From a virus: a stretch of DNA of 64,000 nt. A program made the translations under genes and the position numbers. The notes beneath the pieces were generated by a model. That model did not search any database and was not told where the DNA came from. It saw nothing but the letters and a program-made list of their open reading frames with translations. Positions 59,101 through 64,000 of the stretch are shown here, one piece after another. Position 1 is the first letter of the stretch; each line of letters opens with the position of its first letter. Where the stretch lies: positions 96,001 through 160,000 of IMG/VR virus record IMGVR_UViG_3300047200_000500, one strand, 5' to 3'.

Positions 59101-60070
59101 TGGTGGCTATCCGTCAATTAGCAACACCACTACAATTAGTGGAAATTACAGGTTTGATACAACTGATCCAAGTGGTTTACTTGATAGACCATTAATAGCT
59201 TCTGGAGTTGGTTTACCTCTAAATCCATTAAAAACCAGTGCAAGATTTTTTGAAAATTCAATGATATTTGTTAGTAATAATGATTCTAATTATCAATATG
59301 TTGTACCATATAGACTTGATTGTAGTTGCATGATAAACGTTTGTGATCAGACTAATATGACTGGTGATTATACAGAATGCAAACCAGAATCTTTGTATGA
59401 TCAAAATGGCAATCTTGATGTATCTCCTGATAAAATCGAATTTGATTTTACAGCTTTATTAATTGAGAAAATATCATTATGTTCACGTTTGTCAAATCAT
59501 GAAATTAAAAATTTATTCTGTATTAAGGATGATTGTTCATTACCAGAAACAGGATCATTCAGATATAAAGATGATTATCAAATAATTTATGAATTGTCCT
59601 GGATAACAATGAACGACATATTAGATTTAATATTTGTAACTAAAGATCCTAGAACTCCTGGTGCCAATTCTGATGAATTTATAAAAGATGGTAGAGTTTA
59701 TGTAAAAGGGATAATCACAACCACAAGACAAATAATTAGAAATGGTACAATTATAGAAGCAGAAGGTGTTGAACAGGTTGTAGATTATTTCCAAATTAAT
59801 GTTAAATGTGGTGATACAGCATTTGAAAATCCTTTCTCTTATGGTATAGATTGTGCTATTCATGATGACCTTGAAATTGTTGTGTCTGATGGTCCAAGAT
59901 GGATGGATCCAGAAGATGTAGGCCCTGGTGGAGTAACATTCATAGAATCTACTGTTGACCCATGGAAGAGAGGTACTGTATGGGCAGATGTTGATTCTGA
60001 TACATCTGGGATAACTTACCCGACGCCAAACCCATTAATGTGGATAGATTTTGTTAGTAACGGATTGTAA
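56189..60070 (+). CDS. large baseplate wedge protein (P2 gpI / T4 gp7-like domain)
   Basis: FIPYLAYLIGWD...RRKILKRAVHLQKLKGSKRAISELFEMFG; start at 56189 after CAAATATA. Confidence 0.75.
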   Translation: MATSNNPYFRLFPLNNARTGFKPYAMPVLYIERYRLTEDGMAISDSETQKIRYYVVNAPDVAKVAGPFNTNLRVPNISLYEIDLTVQQLNDKILKINGYQFYRKTIDSKGVVTYTPIDFSEAETGDYFDYRLESNNVGDKVEYFKDAYYYDLSGVEITVDGLPKPNRYFFIWEATFFRRISTLNGNLKCVGTDLGMSNEILEVNHPGEVHHAMWRGTPSLYFNYEGYKESTDPTLEFYRPFADLLQDIFDEQALLDGINRIDTVPIAFIPYLAYLIGWDLPNYPGVTDNLRRKILKRAVHLQKLKGSKRAISELFEMFGFTVNIINLWADKQGDKLLSAGNGLETLLTVQVDQLLSNYNAIGFGIDYPIPLTFLPNKNVQIVLYAYQVKQGTNDYQKLVDFSNKLSSNLEFYNDDTIRYDVNNTITTKSINELNASFTNDGLIGSTKVLIGGMSYQIYGRKILNSSNISFDKNENTIILNFDHELSVDGGQLFVFPIYERTKLIIPNELLNTKSSRFDAEIANKDNSPIDYNLLIYMLSFIFKLKSFHSLLRKLIYTIDIYEVYNLIDFCVSENDLLKPGTSSGDLQVPPAIIPTGETCDDSNRNFKDSDINLKNIIVQGLEAEFQGWKNQRTTDSDGKIIGDNCELNKEGQDKVLVDNTTDFDQKPDNRPTYCINLPSKPDFCYKGRVTADEVTVTIAELKEIYQNVPCGPKLGYGFYWEEKSRVNFDHQNVGFLNSRLKFVDNKDVTLHYSAYPYYDKDVQKSQNTLALSPSSLNIEKEHLGFPSHRFLSMGYLANDYDYTSLNISYGYDLVRKRPWDEEFQCGYYLNTLNATLSTISGKSVRIFYNGSSFDIEEMYTGSMIKNGFMTYNDAESYINSNNMFVEQDLTWSNSDLIYIGNGIESEIDSLSDHTITTGDDRLITHNVYQHTETNPYVVDDFTINSSSVISTSNDYGPIFRSVCKSSNEDFSGGYPSISNTTTISGNYRFDTTDPSGLLDRPLIASGVGLPLNPLKTSARFFENSMIFVSNNDSNYQYVVPYRLDCSCMINVCDQTNMTGDYTECKPESLYDQNGNLDVSPDKIEFDFTALLIEKISLCSRLSNHEIKNLFCIKDDCSLPETGSFRYKDDYQIIYELSWITMNDILDLIFVTKDPRTPGANSDEFIKDGRVYVKGIITTTRQIIRNGTIIEAEGVEQVVDYFQINVKCGDTAFENPFSYGIDCAIHDDLEIVVSDGPRWMDPEDVGPGGVTFIESTVDPWKRGTVWADVDSDTSGITYPTPNPLMWIDFVSNGL

Positions 60071-60096
60071 ATATATCATTCAAAGATAACTAGAAT

Positions 60097-60525
60097 ATGA
60101 GCAAAATCAATACTAAACTTGGGGTGCTATTAGAAGACGTGAAAATGTCTCACGAGCATAATGATTCCATATCTGCTGTTTGTAATAAAATTAAAACTCT
60201 TGAGATACAGACTAAAGAATCAAGAACTGAATTATCACAATGCATTGATGCCCTTTGTGCCGATTTGGCAAAAGAAATTAGAAGACTTCAAATAGATTTA
60301 AATGTCACAATGACTAAAATAGGATGCAATGTTGGATATAGATCTAAATATATCACATGTGAAGTGGTGCCATTTCAAAATAAATGGAATTTTAGTAGTT
60401 CAGATTTTGGAAGAATGTTTATGAGAAGATATCCAGATTGTTGTGATCTTGGTGGTTCAATACCGCATTTAGCTAAGTGCCTCGCTGAATTCTTCACTAA
60501 TCAATATAGATCATTAAACCCATGA
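60097..60525 (+). CDS. hypothetical protein
   Basis: KLGVLLE N-terminal motif. Confidence 0.6.
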   Translation: MSKINTKLGVLLEDVKMSHEHNDSISAVCNKIKTLEIQTKESRTELSQCIDALCADLAKEIRRLQIDLNVTMTKIGCNVGYRSKYITCEVVPFQNKWNFSSSDFGRMFMRRYPDCCDLGGSIPHLAKCLAEFFTNQYRSLNP

Positions 60526-60767
60526 CTTTAACCACTACTGGTGTTCCAATGGCAGGAATGTATGCTATTAACACTGATGCTAAGTATATTGATCCAAAAT
60601 CTAGTGTGAAACATAAGAAAACTAAGAAAACTACATTTTCTCCATTTATGAACAAATCTGATGCATCAAAACAGCACATTACTGGTATAATGGATAATGC
60701 TGGAAAAAAGAAATCCAAAATTGAAGAGAAGATAGATAGTAAAATAAGGGATTTATTAAATGACTGA
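60522..60767 (+). CDS. hypothetical protein
   Basis: ATGA-coupled. Confidence 0.5.
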   Translation: MTLTTTGVPMAGMYAINTDAKYIDPKSSVKHKKTKKTTFSPFMNKSDASKQHITGIMDNAGKKKSKIEEKIDSKIRDLLND

Positions 60768-61398
60768 TCTAGATAATAGAATAAGGTTGGACCAGTCAAT
60801 AGTTGATTTCACTAAGTCTGGTACGACTGGTGAACTTCATGATGAATATCCAAAACCAAATACTCAGGCCAGATTTGATTTAATGAGGACTTATTTGATT
60901 GGATTACTATCTAATCAATCGTCTGATGAAGATACTGATGGTGAACCGTTTGAAAAGCGTACTGGAACATTATGGTACAAGAAAAAATCTGCTCTTCTTG
61001 AATTATTCAATGGCACAGAATTTGAAGATTTATCAAAACATATAGGTATTACCATTGATAAAACTAAAATACCTATTGAATCAGTGATACTCAATATCTT
61101 AGCCGCTTTGCGTTATGTGGCACCAAGAGTGATTTGGTGTGGACGATTTGATCAAAATGTTACAGATATCATCCAAATACCAGCAGCATATCAAGGATAT
61201 GCTGCAATGCCAAATATGCATCCATTAGTGTACATTAATGGTTTATTAATAGATCCACGTGATACAACTATACAAGCTGGATCACCGTTCTATATTAAAA
61301 TGAACGATAATTTTATTCCAGAAGTTGGCCAAAAATATACTGTAATACTTGAACAAGTTTCTGACATAACTCAAGAAGACATAATCGGTCAAGGATAA
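60760..61398 (+). CDS. virion/tail-associated protein
   Basis: GTLWY...LFNGTEF and LVYINGLL motifs common in tail proteins. Confidence 0.55.
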   Translation: MTDLDNRIRLDQSIVDFTKSGTTGELHDEYPKPNTQARFDLMRTYLIGLLSNQSSDEDTDGEPFEKRTGTLWYKKKSALLELFNGTEFEDLSKHIGITIDKTKIPIESVILNILAALRYVAPRVIWCGRFDQNVTDIIQIPAAYQGYAAMPNMHPLVYINGLLIDPRDTTIQAGSPFYIKMNDNFIPEVGQKYTVILEQVSDITQEDIIGQG

Positions 61399-61401
61399 AG
61401 T

Positions 61402-62481
61402 ATGCAAACAGCTAAATTCGAAGAATTTTACAACGGTATTCGTGATGATAAACACGGATCTATTGGTATAATTGAGTTTATCATTAAAGATAAAAATGGG
61501 AACATTTTAGACCATAAAATTGAAAAGAATATTATTAAAATATTTGCAAAGGAGATGTTAGCTCACAGACTTCCAAGTACTAAAATCTGGAATCCTGATG
61601 CCAATGGTGGACTTGGAGCATGGGTTGATTCAGGTATTGATATAGATGAAGAATATTCAGCACGTTATGTGATGTTTGGTGCTTCGTTTGATTCAAATGG
61701 GACTCCTCTTGGAACTAATGATCCACGTTTTTACACAAATGATGAAGTAACTGGTCAATTTATTCCAGTAAAATTAAACCCAAGTGCCGATTATGATGGT
61801 GGATTAATAAATGCCATACCAATTGCTGAACCAAATAGACCATTAAAGAGAGTTGAAAATATTAGCTTCAGGTCAACATATCAGCCATCTGGTTCTCCAT
61901 TAATAGATGAAAATGTTAGAGCTATAAATAATATAGTAAGTCTTGAAACAACTCTTAGACTTGCTGAATATAATGGTTTTGAGGTTAGTGGTGGAGATTT
62001 CTTTACTATTACAGAAGTAGCTTTAGTTGGCGGCAGGTTATTTAATGCTGTCCCAAGTTGTGACTGTGATCCAATTAATTTATTTCTTCAAGGTTTACCA
62101 GGATCGACCAGTTTAGAAGTTGCAGTTAATGCAGTTGCAAATGGTACCAATGTAATAACTATTGATACAGCAGAACAAACTGCTGCAGTTGGCTTGTTTA
62201 AACTTGGCGATCAGGTTAAGTTAGTTAATCAAGGTGGCACTCAGACAAATCACAATGTATTGAACCAAGTTAATTCAAACTATTTAGTAACAAGTTTTTC
62301 TGGTGGCCGTGACATACAATTAGACAGAGTTCCAACTGATTCTAATGGTTCGCCCATCATAGGTAACATTGGTGTTTTCAGAAATACTATGAAAATATTC
62401 AGTCACAGAATATTATCATATCCCATTCGCAAAAGCGACGTGTTTGAAATCATCGTACGGTGGTCGTTAATTTTCAGTTGA
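61402..62481 (+). CDS. baseplate/tail-fibre attachment protein
   Basis: IEKNII...EYNG...ITEVALV...FSHR...PIRKS..EIIVRWSLIF collar-type pattern with an insertion. Confidence 0.6.
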   Translation: MQTAKFEEFYNGIRDDKHGSIGIIEFIIKDKNGNILDHKIEKNIIKIFAKEMLAHRLPSTKIWNPDANGGLGAWVDSGIDIDEEYSARYVMFGASFDSNGTPLGTNDPRFYTNDEVTGQFIPVKLNPSADYDGGLINAIPIAEPNRPLKRVENISFRSTYQPSGSPLIDENVRAINNIVSLETTLRLAEYNGFEVSGGDFFTITEVALVGGRLFNAVPSCDCDPINLFLQGLPGSTSLEVAVNAVANGTNVITIDTAEQTAAVGLFKLGDQVKLVNQGGTQTNHNVLNQVNSNYLVTSFSGGRDIQLDRVPTDSNGSPIIGNIGVFRNTMKIFSHRILSYPIRKSDVFEIIVRWSLIFS

Positions 62482-62485
62482 TTTA

Positions 62486-63418
62486 ATGCCAACAGGCATA
62501 AAAATAAATTGGCCAATATATGATCAATTATTAATTGATAACGTTTCAAAATATAATATTTTAGAATTTACTAGAAAATTCTTACCACATATTTCTCCAA
62601 CAGCTGTTGCTAAAAGGATTAAAAAATTAAATTTAAAACCGTTAAAATTTGAATTTAATGATGAAATAAGAGAAAGAGTAAAAAATGGAGTAACTAGTAA
62701 TTATTTTGATGAAAAAACTGATAAATTGTTACTTGATAATATCAAGTCAATGTCAATTAAAGAATTATCAAGATTGACTGGATACGATAAAACAGCAATA
62801 TGGCGTAGACTTAAAGAAATTAATTATATTCATGATAAAAATGATGTTTATAATAAACACAGTATCGCAGTTAAATTAGCATTATCAAATCCAGAAGTTA
62901 AAAGAAAATTATCAGTTGCTTCTAAGGGTAAAGTATTAAGCGAAGAAACTAAATTAAAAATAAGTCAATATATGACTGGTAGTGGTAATCATCAATATGG
63001 TAAACCAAGAACTAAAGAAGAAAATGAAAAAGTATCTTTAAAAATACATGAATTAATGTCACTTGGTAAAATTAATAATAAATGTTATATTAATGGTTGG
63101 CATCAATCTAGTAAATCTGGTAATGTCCACTATAGATCATCTTATGAATTGGCTTATTATAAAAAACTTGATGCCGACGATAATGTAATTAATTATAAGG
63201 TTGAGCCACTATTAATTAAATATTTTTACAAAAATTGTCTAAAATATTATAAACCAGATCTATTAGTTAATAGAAACAGTGGTCCAACACTGGAAGAAAT
63301 TAAACCATTAATATTTGTTCATTGTAAAAGAAATCAAGCAAAATTTAAATATGCCAGTGATTATGCGACAAGGTGCAACCTAGAATTTAAAGTCATAACT
63401 GAAAAAGACATATTTTAA
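62486..63418 (+). CDS. NUMOD3 + TnsA-like (PD-D/ExK) homing endonuclease
   Basis: KGKVLSEETKLKIS, G.NHQYGK; YRSSYE, YKPDLLV, EEIKP, KF, FKVITEKD. Confidence 0.8.
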   Translation: MPTGIKINWPIYDQLLIDNVSKYNILEFTRKFLPHISPTAVAKRIKKLNLKPLKFEFNDEIRERVKNGVTSNYFDEKTDKLLLDNIKSMSIKELSRLTGYDKTAIWRRLKEINYIHDKNDVYNKHSIAVKLALSNPEVKRKLSVASKGKVLSEETKLKISQYMTGSGNHQYGKPRTKEENEKVSLKIHELMSLGKINNKCYINGWHQSSKSGNVHYRSSYELAYYKKLDADDNVINYKVEPLLIKYFYKNCLKYYKPDLLVNRNSGPTLEEIKPLIFVHCKRNQAKFKYASDYATRCNLEFKVITEKDIF

Positions 63419-63437
63419 ATATCAAATTTATATTAGC

Positions 63438-64000
63438 ATGAGCAAAACGTTATTTAAATTTTATAGTGATGAATATAGGAGGTTAATACCTGTTGACCCT
63501 GATGATTATTCACCTACATCATCATTGACTTTCTCATGTTGGTTTAAGGCCAAGAATAGTAATCGTCACCAACACATTTGTGGTCATAAAAATCTTGGAT
63601 TTTCTTTTAGTTTAACACCTATTAATAGTTATTCATATATAACCGCTAAAGTTGGAATAAGTACAATTACTTATTCTAAACCAATACAAAACAATGTATG
63701 GTATTTTGTGGCGTTAGTATGGGGAGATGATGACAAAAGTTTTAAATTTTACTTGTTTGAAGATATAGCCCACCGACGTGGCGGCACTATTAATACTGGC
63801 CCAACACGATATAATAATGATGTTACTCAATTGATCGGTGAAATTGATGTAAACAATGTTGTTTATGGGAGTGAAATAGATAAGCATATATGGATTTATA
63901 AAAATTATGTTGGAGTATCTTCATTCCAGATGACGGTTGCTGATATTGGATTGTGGAATGAAAAACTAAGTCATTCAGAAATAAATGAACTTGTTATATG
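63438..64000 (+). CDS. LamG/ConA-like domain virion protein, 3'-truncated by the window edge
   Basis: Open to the window end; LTFSCWFK...WYFVALVW...ADIGLWNEKLSHSEINEL. Confidence 0.75.
   Translation, partial: MSKTLFKFYSDEYRRLIPVDPDDYSPTSSLTFSCWFKAKNSNRHQHICGHKNLGFSFSLTPINSYSYITAKVGISTITYSKPIQNNVWYFVALVWGDDDKSFKFYLFEDIAHRRGGTINTGPTRYNNDVTQLIGEIDVNNVVYGSEIDKHIWIYKNYVGVSSFQMTVADIGLWNEKLSHSEINELVI

Noticed and set aside
1-64000. Stop-codon reassignment, as seen in some jumbo phages
   Set aside because: Genes are full length and tightly packed in code 11; TAA, TGA and TAG all occur at sensible gene ends

Overview
This window is a 64-kb segment of an AT-rich jumbo myophage of the T4-like (gp23-type capsid) superfamily, read in the standard genetic code. 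It has no tRNA, rRNA or CRISPR array that I can see. The head module has a scaffold gene and a major capsid gene split by a frameshift near 2816-2823. The tail/baseplate module has tape measure, tube/hub/wedge proteins and collagen-, LamG- and dockerin-containing fibre proteins. There are five homing-endonuclease-like genes, a sigma70-family factor with a Zn-ribbon insert, a minimal ATP-dependent ligase, a MoxR/vWA pair, a cold-shock protein and an adenosine-deaminase-family enzyme. Three candidate systems stand out. (1) An apparently complete GDP-N-acyl-perosamine pathway (Gmd, Per, PerB-like acyltransferase) plus six glycosyltransferases, partly interleaved with virion genes, which suggests phage-encoded virion glycosylation. 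(2) A GC-rich three-way-junction RNA leader, overlapping an RBS-sequestering hairpin, in front of a protein carrying a divergent Tad1-like anti-defence sponge domain. (3) An HTH-LAGLIDADG-DNA methyltransferase fusion with a catalytically degenerate paralogue elsewhere in the window. Several features weakly suggest a high-GC PVC-superphylum (Planctomycetota-like) host. All family assignments come from motif recognition by eye, not from database searches.
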